A DNA stretch of 63,333 bases, the filler included, from Craspedostauros australis (lineage: Eukaryota), in the NCBI GenBank assembly GCA_030167865.1. It is 4 parts of 4 records of this genome, joined end to end, with 100 filler letters (N's around TTAATTAATTAA, not from the genome) between each part and the next. Parts side by side here need not be neighbours in the genome. Positions count along the whole stretch, not along the records: positions 1 to 16,790 come from JALAGF010000362.1; 3 more parts are not named here. One strand, given 5' to 3'. The notes beneath the pieces are model-generated. The model was not told the DNA's origin and searched no databases. It was given only the letters and a program-made list of their open reading frames with translations. The translations under genes and the position numbers were made by a program. Shown one piece after another: positions 1 to 11,121 of the stretch. Positions within the stretch are counted from its first letter, which is position 1. Every line of letters begins with the position of its first letter.

Positions 1-400
1 AAGACACCCAAGAAGTTGAACAAACAGAGGTGACACCATCAGAGTTGCAGCAACCCTGACCAGTATATATGTGCAATTTGGAAAGCGCAAATTCAAAGAA
101 CACATCTACCAGGAAGTGCAACAAATCAGGCTTATTTTCTATCTTGAAACCAAGCACGACAACCCTCAATTGAGCAGAGCATATTGAACTTGAGCAGAGT
201 GTCTCAGAATGGAGTACGCAACAGTAAGAACCAGCATCACTCTTCACAGCTTTTGCTATCTACTTTCCACATGCTAATCGCATCAACCAAAAATACTTGC
301 CGGAGGTCGTTCTCCACACTCAACCCAGACACTCGCAATGTTGCTCCCATTTGATCCATCGCACGTCGCCGTGCTGACCTTCAGTGCTGGTTTGGGTACA

Positions 401-641
401 CTGTCCGTTAACATTGTCCGTTAACAGTGACCGTTAAGATCGTTAATTTTGTCCGGTCTATCCATTCTGTCCGGTCGTTTTGTCCGGTCTGTCCGGTCAT
501 TTTGTCCGGTCTGTCCGGTTTGTCCGGCCGTTTTGTCCGGTCTGTCCGGTCTGTCCGGTCGTTTTGTCCGGTCTGTCCGTTTTGTCCGGTCATTTTGTCC
601 GGTCTGTCCGGTCTGACCTAGTTTCTCCGGTTTTGTCCGGT
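401..641. repeat. Tandem minisatellite of 8-13 nt units built on TGTCCGGT(C/T), preceded by three (T)GTCCGTTAA-like units
   Basis: Directly visible: roughly 17-20 copies of the tgtccgg core between about 450 and 640, and ctgtccgttaa/ttgtccgttaa/gtgaccgttaa at 401-438. The overlapping ORFs are just repeat translations (GQT, DRT, RPD). Confidence 0.9.
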
Positions 642-1040
642 CTCTCTTGATGGGCGTGAACGAACCACAATCGAAGCAAAATAGCGCAACCCTAAGTATG
701 CTTTTTGGGATTTCGGCTGATTCACTTTTCTGTCTCAACGCCGTGTATTAAGTCCCGTTAAAGTAAGTCACGAGCTAGAAAAGTGAAAATCGGACAAAAT
801 GTTGGGTGTTCCTGGAGTGTACTGTCGTCGTTGTTGTCGACGTCGATGATGTTCTACTTTTGCGATACTTACTTACTTTGCTTGCGATGACTCGCGCTTT
901 CCCCACAACCACACGACAGAGAACCGTTTTGTTCTTCTCGACTTCGCGCTCTGCTCTACGACTACCAACCATAGTAGTACAATACACAGATAGCACAGCT
1001 TGCAGATACAAGTGTATACTACGTAGCACTCTGCTCCAAC

Positions 1041-3482
1041 TTATTGGCGTCTCCGACGTTTGACGGTGCGCGGACCAGCACCCGTATCACGGAACAGTTC
1101 ATCGGCCATGCGTTGCTGCACTTCGAGTTCCTGGTTCTGGTGCACCATGTCGGACTGGATTTTAGGTTCCTGGGGCAGGACCTCTCTCATTCGAATACTG
1201 GATCTGCCGTTGTTGCTGTTGTTCGATGTCCTAGAGGGACATGTGGGAACATGGTTCTTGCGGAATCTGGAGAAGTTGGGACCTTGTCGTCGTCGCCGAC
1301 CGGAGGCAGTTGTGCCTGCTGCTGCTTCCGCTGTTGACGATGAAGGTGACGTCGCATCATCTTGCTTGTTGGCAGCTTCGGCCGTCTTGCGTTGCGGCAG
1401 CTGGACCTTCTCAGTGACTGCCGATGGTTGGAATTCGAAGCCACCATTGTCTCTGGCGTATTGCTTCGATGCCGTCTTGCGCAGCTGCTTGCGTTCTCTG
1501 TCGTCCTTTGGGGCAATGGTGAACCAACCGGTGACTTTGGCAGTTGTGTTAGAATTTTCTCTTCTGATCCGTGATGTTGCTGTTGCGTTTGATGATGATG
1601 ATGACGGATGAGATCTCGACTGAGACTGTGTGCGCGACCGAGCCTCCTTGCGCACGCGAGTATCATCCTCGTTGTCGCTGTTTGCATCCATCGTGCGTTT
1701 CCGTTTCTGCTTTCGTTGTTGCGCCTGGCCCATCGACTCATCATCGACGCCTGTATTCGCACCCCTGTCGCTGTTGCTCTCTGCTTGCTGTTGTTGTTCT
1801 GCTGGCGCGTCTTCCATCTTTGTTCTTCTGGATGGTTTTGGCAGCACTTGCTCCTGTGGTGGTGATGCCTCTGTCTCAAGAGACACGGCTTGCGAATGGC
1901 CCATCTTGGTCTTGCTTGGCTTGTCGCCATCCTCATCATCTTCTTCCTCCACCTTCGCCACGACGGCATCCACCTCCACATCCGTCATCTCATCGTCGCC
2001 GTGATCAGCAGCGTTCACAATAAACGCTTCAGCATCGGCACCGTCTTCCGCTTTTATTGTCGCGTTGGTCTTGGCTACATCGGCATCCGCATCATCGCCG
2101 CCGTCGTCAATGACAGCCTCCAACAGATTGCCGTGCTTATCCTTCAATTCGCAAGCTTGCTTGCCGATGCTCTTCGCGATCGCTTTCGTCGTGACGATCG
2201 GAATTCCAATGCGTTCCATGGCCTTGGTCAATTTCTTCGTCGAGGACAGCGCAAAGTAGATTGGCTTGCGTTTACTATGGACTGCGTTTTCAGCGCCCAG
2301 CAGCTCCTTGGCATATGCAAGTGCGTCCATATCCGTCTTGGTGTGCAATGCAATGACCTCTGCACCTGCCGACCGGACCAGCTCTTCCGATTCGTCATTC
2401 TTCAAGCTGAGCAACGCGAAACCATTGAGAAGTTGCTGGTTGGGTTGCTGATCCCAAAAATCCCCATTTGCTGTGCGTTGCGCTGGATGATCCGACTCCG
2501 ACGTGAGAGGATCGGATGCCGCCTTGCGATCCAGCAATGCCTGCAGGAAGTCCGGCGACACGGTGGGGATCATGTAATTCCACGCGATGATTTGCTTGCC
2601 GCCGCCCACAACTTCTGATGTGACGAGGTGCGTTGTGGGTGCATCGGCAGACAGATTTGGGACGTCCTGTGGCACTGTCGTTGCGCCAAGCCGCGGCAGC
2701 ATCTTCTTCAGAGCAGGCACCTTCAGTGGCGGCGAGATTCGGGAAAAGGAGATTCGCATGGGGATCCACGTGATCGCGAACATCGATCCAGCTCGGCCGC
2801 ACTGGACGAAGACGGTGCTAGGCGTCGCTGCATTCTTGTACGATTGCTCCAACGGCAAGATGAAGGACTCGTTGGCATCCACCTTGCGCAACTCGAGGGA
2901 TGCCGTGGTTTGCGCCCACCCTCGGCTCACGACTGCGGCGATCGGAGGCAAATCATCGGGCTCGTTCGTCGCGCCGCTTGATTTCGCCTTGCGTTGCTGC
3001 CTCATCTGTTTGTTCTTCTGCATCTGCGACGTTCCTTCTTCGTCAGTGTCGGAATCGCTGTCCGCAGAAGCATCCTGGTTGTCATTGGCACCATCCTCGA
3101 AATCTTCAGCAGCGACAGCAACAAAGCATCCGCCCTTGCCATGCCCTTGCAGCACGATGCACATCCCCAATTCGCTGTCCTCGCATGCGTCCTCCTCCTC
3201 CTTGTTGGACGGTGCTGCAGCAACCAACGGCGCCGCATCCGTCTCGCACTGCGGCCGCACGAGCTGCAACGTGCAGTGCTGGCGTGACACGGACTTGTCG
3301 GTGGGGAAGGTGATGTCACCTGCCTTGCGACCCACCATCATGAGTCCTTTCTTGCTTGCATCGTTGCCAAGTTCGTGCGTGCGCGTGGAGAGGCAGGTGT
3401 GCAACGTGGCCGTTGGCTGCTGCAGACGCTGAGGATCATCGTCGGCCTCGGAGCCGTCGTACACATCAATCCGGACCAGCAT
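1041..3482 (-). CDS. NBS1: Nibrin/NBS1-like protein (FHA + BRCT, C-terminal Mre11- and ATM-binding motifs)
   Basis: FHA signature VGRK..ITFPTDKSVSRQHC; BRCT-like TTHLVT...IIAW...PTVSPDFL; C-terminal NFSRFRKN (Mre11-binding NFKxFxK motif); ADELFR (NBS1 C-terminal ATM/Tel1-recruiting motif). First ATG at 3482 (MLVRID); the ORF-track start at 3671 is a GTG. Confidence 0.8.
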   Translation of the reverse strand: MLVRIDVYDGSEADDDPQRLQQPTATLHTCLSTRTHELGNDASKKGLMMVGRKAGDITFPTDKSVSRQHCTLQLVRPQCETDAAPLVAAAPSNKEEEDACEDSELGMCIVLQGHGKGGCFVAVAAEDFEDGANDNQDASADSDSDTDEEGTSQMQKNKQMRQQRKAKSSGATNEPDDLPPIAAVVSRGWAQTTASLELRKVDANESFILPLEQSYKNAATPSTVFVQCGRAGSMFAITWIPMRISFSRISPPLKVPALKKMLPRLGATTVPQDVPNLSADAPTTHLVTSEVVGGGKQIIAWNYMIPTVSPDFLQALLDRKAASDPLTSESDHPAQRTANGDFWDQQPNQQLLNGFALLSLKNDESEELVRSAGAEVIALHTKTDMDALAYAKELLGAENAVHSKRKPIYFALSSTKKLTKAMERIGIPIVTTKAIAKSIGKQACELKDKHGNLLEAVIDDGGDDADADVAKTNATIKAEDGADAEAFIVNAADHGDDEMTDVEVDAVVAKVEEEDDEDGDKPSKTKMGHSQAVSLETEASPPQEQVLPKPSRRTKMEDAPAEQQQQAESNSDRGANTGVDDESMGQAQQRKQKRKRTMDANSDNEDDTRVRKEARSRTQSQSRSHPSSSSSNATATSRIRRENSNTTAKVTGWFTIAPKDDRERKQLRKTASKQYARDNGGFEFQPSAVTEKVQLPQRKTAEAANKQDDATSPSSSTAEAAAGTTASGRRRRQGPNFSRFRKNHVPTCPSRTSNNSNNGRSSIRMREVLPQEPKIQSDMVHQNQELEVQQRMADELFRDTGAGPRTVKRRRRQ

Positions 3483-4175
3483 CTTCGAATCTGGCGATGG
3501 CGACTGCTGTGTCGGGAATGTTGGTGTAAATGGTATAGATGGTGGAGATGGTGTGGATGGAGTAGGGCTGTGTGTTGTCAAGGAAAGAGAAAGGTGAGGA
3601 AAGCAAACAAGCAAGCAATCTCCCACTGACGAACACGATGGCAGATGACGATCGTCTCGATCTGTGCACACTCCCTCTTTTGTGAGTGTTCTCTGAACAG
3701 CAGAGTTGTTGCCTTGTGTTGGACTTGCGCGCTGTTTGGAGTTTGGTGTTGATCACAGATTTCAATTCTTGACGCCGACAAAACAGGGACGATCGATTCA
3801 ACGGACTAACGATGGCTGTATGTTGTCGACCAATTCGACCAAAGTTGAAGTTGAGGAAAGAAATTGCCTCGTCGCAGACCACGCAGAGAATGCTGAAAAT
3901 GAAAGATCGACCATGATGCGTAGCCGTTCCTTCATGTGTCAGACCTCACAAAACACAAAAGCGTCGGAGAAAGTACTATTGCATCGCGCGGCACTATCGC
4001 GGATACACAAAGAGTGTACTGCAGACAGATATAATAGGTGACCAGTCACTCACTGATTAGCTGCTGCCACCACCATTCCTTGGAAGTTGAAGGAAACAGA
4101 ACGATTGACAAACAAGAAGGCTGTCGCATTCATCACAAGCGAGCCCGACTTCAAGAGCAAGCAGCTGATCCATCC

Positions 4176-4868
4176 ATGATGATCGCTCGCATATTCTCCG
4201 TCACCCAGGTGGCACTGTCCATCGCCTGCCTCGAGGCATTCCAAACACCGATGCCATCCACCAACAGCGTTGGTTTGCATCAGGATGCCATCACCTTGAC
4301 TCAGCCGCAGATACCAACGACGGCGCTGTTCATGTCGACGACCGAAAAGGAGACGACCGACGACACCGCGTTCCAACCATACCAAGGCGAACAAGCCAAG
4401 GAGGCCCTGCCCGAGATCTTCATCCCGCAGGTCGAAGTCGACGACGAGCGCATGTGGGTGCCGCAAACCGACACGGTTTCGTTCCGTCCCTTGTGCTTTT
4501 GCGTGTCATCGGGATACTACGTCAATCTGCTGCGCGTCAAAGGGGCGGGATTGCTGTCGCGGCACAAGCATCCCGGTCCCGTGCATGGACACGTGCTGAA
4601 GGGGAGCTGGAAGTATCTGGAGCATGACTGGGTGGCACGTGAAGGTTCGTACGTCTTCGAACCGCCGGGTGAGATCCACACGTTGGTCGTGCCGCAGGGC
4701 GTCGATGAAATGATCACGCTCTTTCATGTGACGGGCAGTTTGCTGTACTGCGATCCGGAAGGCAACGTCGTCGGTGCGGAAGATGTCTTCACGAAGTTGA
4801 AATTGGCCAAGGAACATTACGCCAAGGTTGGCTTGGGGGAGGACTTCGTTCAGCAATTTGTGCGTTGA
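4176..4868 (+). CDS. 2,4'-dihydroxyacetophenone dioxygenase (DAD)/ChrR-like cupin with bipartite plastid-type presequence
   Basis: Cupin metal motifs RHKHPGPVHGHVLKGSWKYLEHDW and EPPGEIHTL. N-terminus MMIARIFSVTQVALSIACLEA-FQT (signal peptide, then Phe at +1, then a Ser/Thr-rich transit). Intronless; ATG at 4176. Confidence 0.8.
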   Translation: MMIARIFSVTQVALSIACLEAFQTPMPSTNSVGLHQDAITLTQPQIPTTALFMSTTEKETTDDTAFQPYQGEQAKEALPEIFIPQVEVDDERMWVPQTDTVSFRPLCFCVSSGYYVNLLRVKGAGLLSRHKHPGPVHGHVLKGSWKYLEHDWVAREGSYVFEPPGEIHTLVVPQGVDEMITLFHVTGSLLYCDPEGNVVGAEDVFTKLKLAKEHYAKVGLGEDFVQQFVR

Positions 4869-5100
4869 TGAAATTGAATTGATCACAGAGCCAAAGTGCT
4901 CTAGTATACGTACAGTTCCTATTCATGTCATACTTCCATACGGGATGCTCTTTGTTATACTATGTACTTACGAGGAGTATGTGATACAAGGACGCCATGA
5001 TATAATGTACAGAATGAGGCTGGACTATTTGTATGCATAACTTGCATGCCAAACCAAATGAATGCACCAATATCTCTCTCGCTCTCTTCTCTCGTTGTTT

Positions 5101-6425
5101 CTAGAACTTCTTCGGTCGCCTTCGCGCTGTGTATTTCGTATCAGGCCGGACACTGTGCCCCTTCTTGCGTTGCGTCTCCTTCTTGTGCAGGATCCATTCC
5201 TTCGTCTTGACGCCCTTCTTCTTGCGGATCACGCGTTGCTTCTTGCCACCGCCCTCACCATCGCGCTGGATCCCGCCCACCTGCACCGTGTCGCGTTTGC
5301 GTGCCTGCAGCGCAGCCGACTCGCGTTGCTGTCCCTTCGAATGATTCGTGCGATCGCAGCTCAGCACGAGGTAGTGCTTCTTGGCCTTGGCGGAGTTGGG
5401 ATAATCCACGACGACGCCGCCACCGAATCCGACGGCCGTGGCGCATTCGCTGATGAGGACGGCGTGTTCCGCGGTCTCGGGATAGAACTGCAGCACGGCA
5501 CGTCCGTTCTTTTTTAGGACGCGGTAGAGGCTCGAGAAGAAGCGCGTTAATCGTCGTTTGGGCACCTGGTCCTTGCTGTTGGAATAGCACAGCCACTGCA
5601 GTGCGGAGATGGAGATGCAGGCATCGAATATGCCGTCGCGGAACGGCAATCCGGTTCCCATGTCCTGTGAAGAAAATGGAGTATAACATTTGTGTGGTGC
5701 AATGTCATGGAGAGTATTGGATGAGAACATGTTCTTCAAAGAGTAGCATGTAGCGTACGTAGAGTGCTTGGAATGCATCTGACGATCAACGCCGGATCAT
5801 TGCAAACGTTGCATTCTGCTCACCCATCGGTCAACGTCAATGTCATTGCCGTGCGGTCCAGATGAACACTGCTGATCTGTTCATATTCTCGTTGTGCAGC
5901 ATGTATTATATGAATACTGCGTCGTCAAATCACCCCATGTGTATCCCATCCCATCCCATCACATTCCCCACCTGACATGAACAACACCTGAGCAGCAACA
6001 GTGACAGTGATAGCGACACATGGCGCACTCACGTGATGCATCAAATCTCCCGTGGACGGCCTTTCGTCATCATCGTCGCTGTCATCTTCATCATCATCGC
6101 GCATGCCTCCTTGACCTTTGCCATCACCGCCAACGTTGATGGTCGCATCCATGCGTTCTTTGGCAACGTCCAACATATCTCGTGACACGTCGCAGCCAAC
6201 CCACGCATGCCCGTGCTCCTCCAGGACCTGCCCCGACAGACCGGATCCGCATCCCACATCCAGGACATACATCATGCTGTTCGTCTCATCCATTCTGCTC
6301 AGCTCGATCGCACGGTCCGTGATTTCGCGTTGCACCGAAATCATGCGGCTGCTGGAGTTGTACTTGCGCGCCTCTTTCTCATTGTAGAAGTTCGAGGCGT
6401 GGCCTGTGGACTCGGGACGGGACAT
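5101..6425 (-). CDS. BUD23: 18S rRNA m7G methyltransferase BUD23/WBSCR22; exons 6425-6033 and 5664-5101
   Basis: MSRPE N-terminus, VLDVGCGSGLSG, ISISALQWLC, AVLQFYP, GGVVVDYPNSAKAKK, EWILHKKE, DTKYTARRR. GTGAG donor at 6032 and TTCACAG acceptor at 5665 (368-nt intron) join HH|DMGTG in frame. Confidence 0.95.
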
Positions 6426-7048
6426 GGTTGCGGGTGGTGGACTGGGATGGAATGGAGTGGAGTGAACTGGATAGCTGTATCAGCATGGATAGATGGATGG
6501 ATGAATAGATGGAATAGAAGGGGTTGCAGCAGGCACTCCTTCAGCTTGCCAAAGTATAGTACGGGCAGTGTTGTCTCTGTGGAGTACGACCTACTTGTAG
6601 GTTTGTGCACAAAGAACATTGCTGTTGTGGCTGCTGCTGATCACGACGCCAACAAACAGCGCCATGGTCGGTTTCTGCTTTTCTTCTTTTCGTCGTTGGT
6701 CTTTGGGTTGCGTGGTCTGGCCGTCACCAATATCCACGACTGCGAATCCCGATGGATCGCGAATGACTGATTGGTGTCACGACTCGAAAGAAGAAAAAGA
6801 CGAACCAACAACAACAACGCGGATCAACATCATCGTCGCCATCATCATTGTCATCGTGATCGCCATCGCCATGATTGATGCGTACGACCTACAGTACACA
6901 AGAGAGGAAGCCATCACCATCCGGTCGCCATTCCAGCAAGCCCATGGATCAATCAACACCTTCACGGTTACTTTCAGTGTGAAGATCATCAACCCGAGTA
7001 GATCGAACTCCATTCCAATTTGCGCATGGCAAACAACAGAGGCAGAGC

Positions 7049-8350
7049 ATGATGAGCAAGCGAACGAGGATATCCAAGATGTGGATCGTCGGTGCCATCA
7101 TCTTGGCGCTGAATGCGTTCTCCACCGTCAAGTTCAACCAAGCCCCTTCCGTCAAGAAGCTCAAGGCAGACTCCACCTCCTCATGGTGGTGGTCGTCATC
7201 CCTCTCATCGCTGGCGGCTTGGAGTGGACGGCGACAGAGCAACACGACGCTCGTCATCGTCCTGGGGAGCCTGCGATGTGGCGAAGATGCCTGGAGGTCG
7301 CTCTACGGCAACGTGCTGGACTACAACAATGCCGATCTCGCCTTGATGATCGGAGACACCTCTCCGCAGCACCAGAACTCAACCATGTTCGATCGTGCCA
7401 AGTATCTCTGGAAATTCGACGAATATGACGATTGGGCGGACGCAATCGATCTCGTGAACGGGCCCGAATGGAGAACGACGTTGCTCCCGCACGTCGGCAA
7501 CGAAGGGCTGCTGGGTGGCGTCAAAGGCAAGCGGAGTACGGGCGGGCTGCTGATGATGGCGCGGTGGTTCCTCATGCAGCATATGGAAGAAGACAGGATC
7601 TTGGACAAGTACGACAAATTCGTCATCACGCGATCGGATCATTACTACCAATGCCCGCACGACCTGGCACCTCTGGACACGGAGCAATTCATTTGGATCC
7701 CCCGCGGCGAGTCCTACGGCGGCTACACGGACCGCCACCTCGTCATCGGCAGAAATCACATCATGGCGGCGATCGATCTGATCACGCCGTTGGTGACGAA
7801 CCCGCAATCCTTCACGCGCAGTGCTTTGACGATGGAGGACAACATCGAACAGTTCCAGACCAGGATATGGCACAGAAAGGGCATCCTGCCCATGGTGCGA
7901 TCGTTCAAGCGCATGATGTTTGTCTGCGCCGCCTCGGACGACACGACGCGGTGGAAGCAAAAGTCGCATCACAAAGTACCCGGCACGATAGAGGACAGCA
8001 TCTTCGTCAAGTACTATTTTGAATACCAAAAGGCCGTCCATTTTTGCCGCAATCAAACAACACCCAATTTGCTCAAACTTGCGGAGCACAAGCCGAGATT
8101 GAAGATTGCTCAGAGCGTCCTTGGCGCAGGCAAGAAGAAGGGCATCAGTGTTGCCGCTCAAATCGGTTCCCCGGATGTTGGCGATGTCGATGTCGACGTC
8201 AATGTTGAAACCGATGCTGATGTGGCTGGATCTTCCGATTCTTTCAAAGCGACTTCCTTCGCAGTCGCAGCGACAATGAATGTTGATGCTGATGAGAGTG
8301 ATGTGCATAGTCTCGAAGGAGATCAGAGCAACGAAGACAGCGAGGATTGA
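7049..8350 (+). CDS. Uncharacterised type-II membrane/secreted protein, possibly glycosyltransferase-like; paralog A
   Basis: 433-aa ORF with an N-terminal signal anchor, a conserved core (YDKFVITRSDHYY, IWIPRGESYGGYTDRH) and an acidic tail. Strongly similar to 11636-13264. The function is inference. Confidence 0.75.
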   Translation: MMSKRTRISKMWIVGAIILALNAFSTVKFNQAPSVKKLKADSTSSWWWSSSLSSLAAWSGRRQSNTTLVIVLGSLRCGEDAWRSLYGNVLDYNNADLALMIGDTSPQHQNSTMFDRAKYLWKFDEYDDWADAIDLVNGPEWRTTLLPHVGNEGLLGGVKGKRSTGGLLMMARWFLMQHMEEDRILDKYDKFVITRSDHYYQCPHDLAPLDTEQFIWIPRGESYGGYTDRHLVIGRNHIMAAIDLITPLVTNPQSFTRSALTMEDNIEQFQTRIWHRKGILPMVRSFKRMMFVCAASDDTTRWKQKSHHKVPGTIEDSIFVKYYFEYQKAVHFCRNQTTPNLLKLAEHKPRLKIAQSVLGAGKKKGISVAAQIGSPDVGDVDVDVNVETDADVAGSSDSFKATSFAVAATMNVDADESDVHSLEGDQSNEDSED

Positions 8351-9618
8351 GGGTCAAAATCGCCACGCTGGTCGTCTTGGTGGCGATGAGAGCAATAGAA
8401 GTGGCGGCTTCATCACGGGGGAACGCAAGCGAGAACAAGTCAATAACTAGGCGAGTAAGCGGTAAATGATATTATAGCACTCCAGTCACCATTCGTGCAT
8501 GACACGCATCGATCTCCATCTCATTGTCCACCACGCAAACTCTCACTGCACACCAGCGAAGCTGATACAAACAATCTGCACAGCCGATAGGTCACCAGCT
8601 CAACATCTCGCGTACCCAGGAAGAGAAAGAGCGAGAGATGCAGGATCATTGATTTCCCCATAGTCTGAATCTCGACTTCATGCGCATTATTACAAATCAT
8701 TATGTATTTCACACCAACCTCCAACAAGACAGAATCAACCACGTTTGGACGAAGCAGAATGCGAGACATTTCTGCAGACGTTCACACGACACCATCTCCA
8801 TTCGCTTAAAGCAGTCCAGTCGAATTTCGACAAACGTGTTCGTTGAAGCACAACATCCTGCGCCATGTTCATGTACGTTCTTTTGGTCCATTCACGCTTA
8901 TTCACAAGTCTCAAGCAGACATTAAAGCAAATCCTTGTCGTGGATATTTGAAGTCCGCTTTCGACACTCTGCATGTTCAATGCTGTATCTGTCGAGGATT
9001 TATTGCCACTGTATGATTTAATCGATTTTCACCACATTCGAACGTTCGTGACGACAAACAAGTTGGGAATCCGCGAACACAGAAGATCCGAGAGCGTCGC
9101 AAGGGATGACGTGAGGGCATGTTGGACTCCTCTCATACCAAACAGACGACGCTCTTCTCATTCGCGACTGAAACAAAGGTCCAGTTTGGTGGCGTTGGCG
9201 ATGCAGAAAGGTAAAAGTCGTCGGGTTGATTGCTTTCGTGGGACCATGTCTGTCTGGTCTAGCAAGAACTGGCGCTGTGGCATCTGCGGTTCAGATTGGG
9301 GTTGCTCGTGGCAAGTAGAGGAAGCACTCTCTGCCGACCATTTGCGCCAAGTTGTTTTCTGTATGAACATTAGGTTGTAGCATGAGCATCGGAGGTGATG
9401 GTAGCCGGCGACTTCAGTTCACTCAACTTGGTGTGGTTGTTATCGAAGCACTCTCTCGCATCCATGCGTATAATACCTTCCTCCACCATTTCATCCCCGT
9501 CCCCTTCATCTCATAATTTCTTTTCTCAGTCGCAAAAAAGAACAAGCAACCAACCAACTAACTTACTAACTAACTAATCAATCAATCGCCAGCAACCAAA
9601 CTCCAATAACCAACCACC

Positions 9619-11121
9619 ATGTCTGCATCTACGATCACCTCCGAGCCACTCCTTCCCGCCACGCTCTTCATCGATCCATCTGGATTTATTCAAGTTTGGA
9701 CCGTGGCTGCCTTGGTCTTACTCATCGCCGTCATCATCGTGCTCAAGAATCAGGTGCCCGCCAAGAACGCACCTCCCAAGAGCACCATCGGCATGCTTCA
9801 GACCATGTCTCATTTCATTGGACCCGACGCGCCGGCGTTCTGCTTTGAGTTGCAGCGCAAGCTCAACGCATCCGTCTTCCAGCTCAACCTCCCATTGCCC
9901 GGTGGCTTTTACGTCGTTGGAAGCAGCCAGGAGCAACGTGCCATCTTGACGGACAAGACCACAGAGAAGCCAGCACAGTTGTATTCAGTCTTCGATGGTG
10001 TCACCAAGTACCCAACCATACTCACACGGAAAACGGAGGATCCTGTTTTCAAGCACACAAGGAAGGCGGCAGCAACCGCATTCTCATCCAACGAAGTCGG
10101 ACGCATGAACAAGATCTGCACCAAGCAGGTCGAACGGTGGGCCCAGAACACCCTGGAGCCGCTGTTGGAGGCCAAGAGAAACGGAGACGCTGCGGATGCC
10201 GTCTTTGATCCATCTGCGGAAATGGCCAAGGTTGTCTTCCATTCTCTCATGGAAGCCTCGTTCGAGTACGAGTCTACCGATGAGGAGTTCGAGTTTGTCA
10301 GCTCCAACCTGCATGAGGCGATGCAGGAGTTCGGCTACCGCCACGCCTTCGATCCGGTTCGCAGGATGTTCCACTTCTTGTACCCGGATGGCCGCAAGGC
10401 GATGGCATGCAGCGTAAGGCTTCGCGAGTTCGCCCACAATCTCCTCGTCTCGTACCGCAACAACCCAAACAAGTCGAAGAACAGAACCATCATCCAGATC
10501 GTCGAGAACGGGCTCCCAAACCACACAGATGAGCAGAAGGCGGCAGAGATCATCGTTTTCATCCTCGCGGGCCTCGGAACCTCGTCGGACACCGTCTCGA
10601 ATGGGCTCGTGATACTGGCCCAGCACCCCGAAGAGATCGCCAAATACCAAGAGTCTCTGCGCGAAGAGGATCCCGACATCGCGAAGGCCCACGCGAAGCG
10701 CATCACGACGGAGCTGACGCGAATGGCACCATCCTTGCCATTGGGAAGCACACGCCGGGTGCGCCGTGATTTCACCTTCCTGGATGAACGCTCTGGACGC
10801 AAGACGACGATCCCTAACGGTGCTCATGTCATGATCCCCGTCATCATGCCGTGCTCCAATGCCGAGGTCTTCCCGAATCCGGAGAAGTTCATGCCAAGCC
10901 GGTGGGTCGATGCGACGAAGTCGATGACAGAGTGCATCATCCCGTTCGCCCTTGGAGCCCGGAGGTGTGTCGCCCAGTCCCTGGGCAGCTCCCTGTCCAA
11001 CACCGTCCTGCCAAAGCTCATGTCCAAGTACAGCTTTGAGGTCACCGAGGAGGGCAAGCGTGTGCACATCCTGGGATGGAGGTATGTCGGCACGAAGGTG
11101 CGCGCGACGAAGCTGGAATGA
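9619..11121 (+). CDS. Cytochrome P450 (ER-anchored)
   Basis: N-terminal TM followed by a Pro-rich hinge; I-helix ILAGLGTS; K-helix ELTR; meander FMPSRW; heme motif FALGARRCVA. 500 aa, intronless. Confidence 0.95.
   Translation: MSASTITSEPLLPATLFIDPSGFIQVWTVAALVLLIAVIIVLKNQVPAKNAPPKSTIGMLQTMSHFIGPDAPAFCFELQRKLNASVFQLNLPLPGGFYVVGSSQEQRAILTDKTTEKPAQLYSVFDGVTKYPTILTRKTEDPVFKHTRKAAATAFSSNEVGRMNKICTKQVERWAQNTLEPLLEAKRNGDAADAVFDPSAEMAKVVFHSLMEASFEYESTDEEFEFVSSNLHEAMQEFGYRHAFDPVRRMFHFLYPDGRKAMACSVRLREFAHNLLVSYRNNPNKSKNRTIIQIVENGLPNHTDEQKAAEIIVFILAGLGTSSDTVSNGLVILAQHPEEIAKYQESLREEDPDIAKAHAKRITTELTRMAPSLPLGSTRRVRRDFTFLDERSGRKTTIPNGAHVMIPVIMPCSNAEVFPNPEKFMPSRWVDATKSMTECIIPFALGARRCVAQSLGSSLSNTVLPKLMSKYSFEVTEEGKRVHILGWRYVGTKVRATKLE

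Noticed and set aside
408..738. Repetitive ORFs (GQT/DRT/RPD) and a CRISPR-like appearance
   Set aside because: These are translations of a minisatellite. The units are too short, there are no unique spacers and no cas genes, and the context is eukaryotic.
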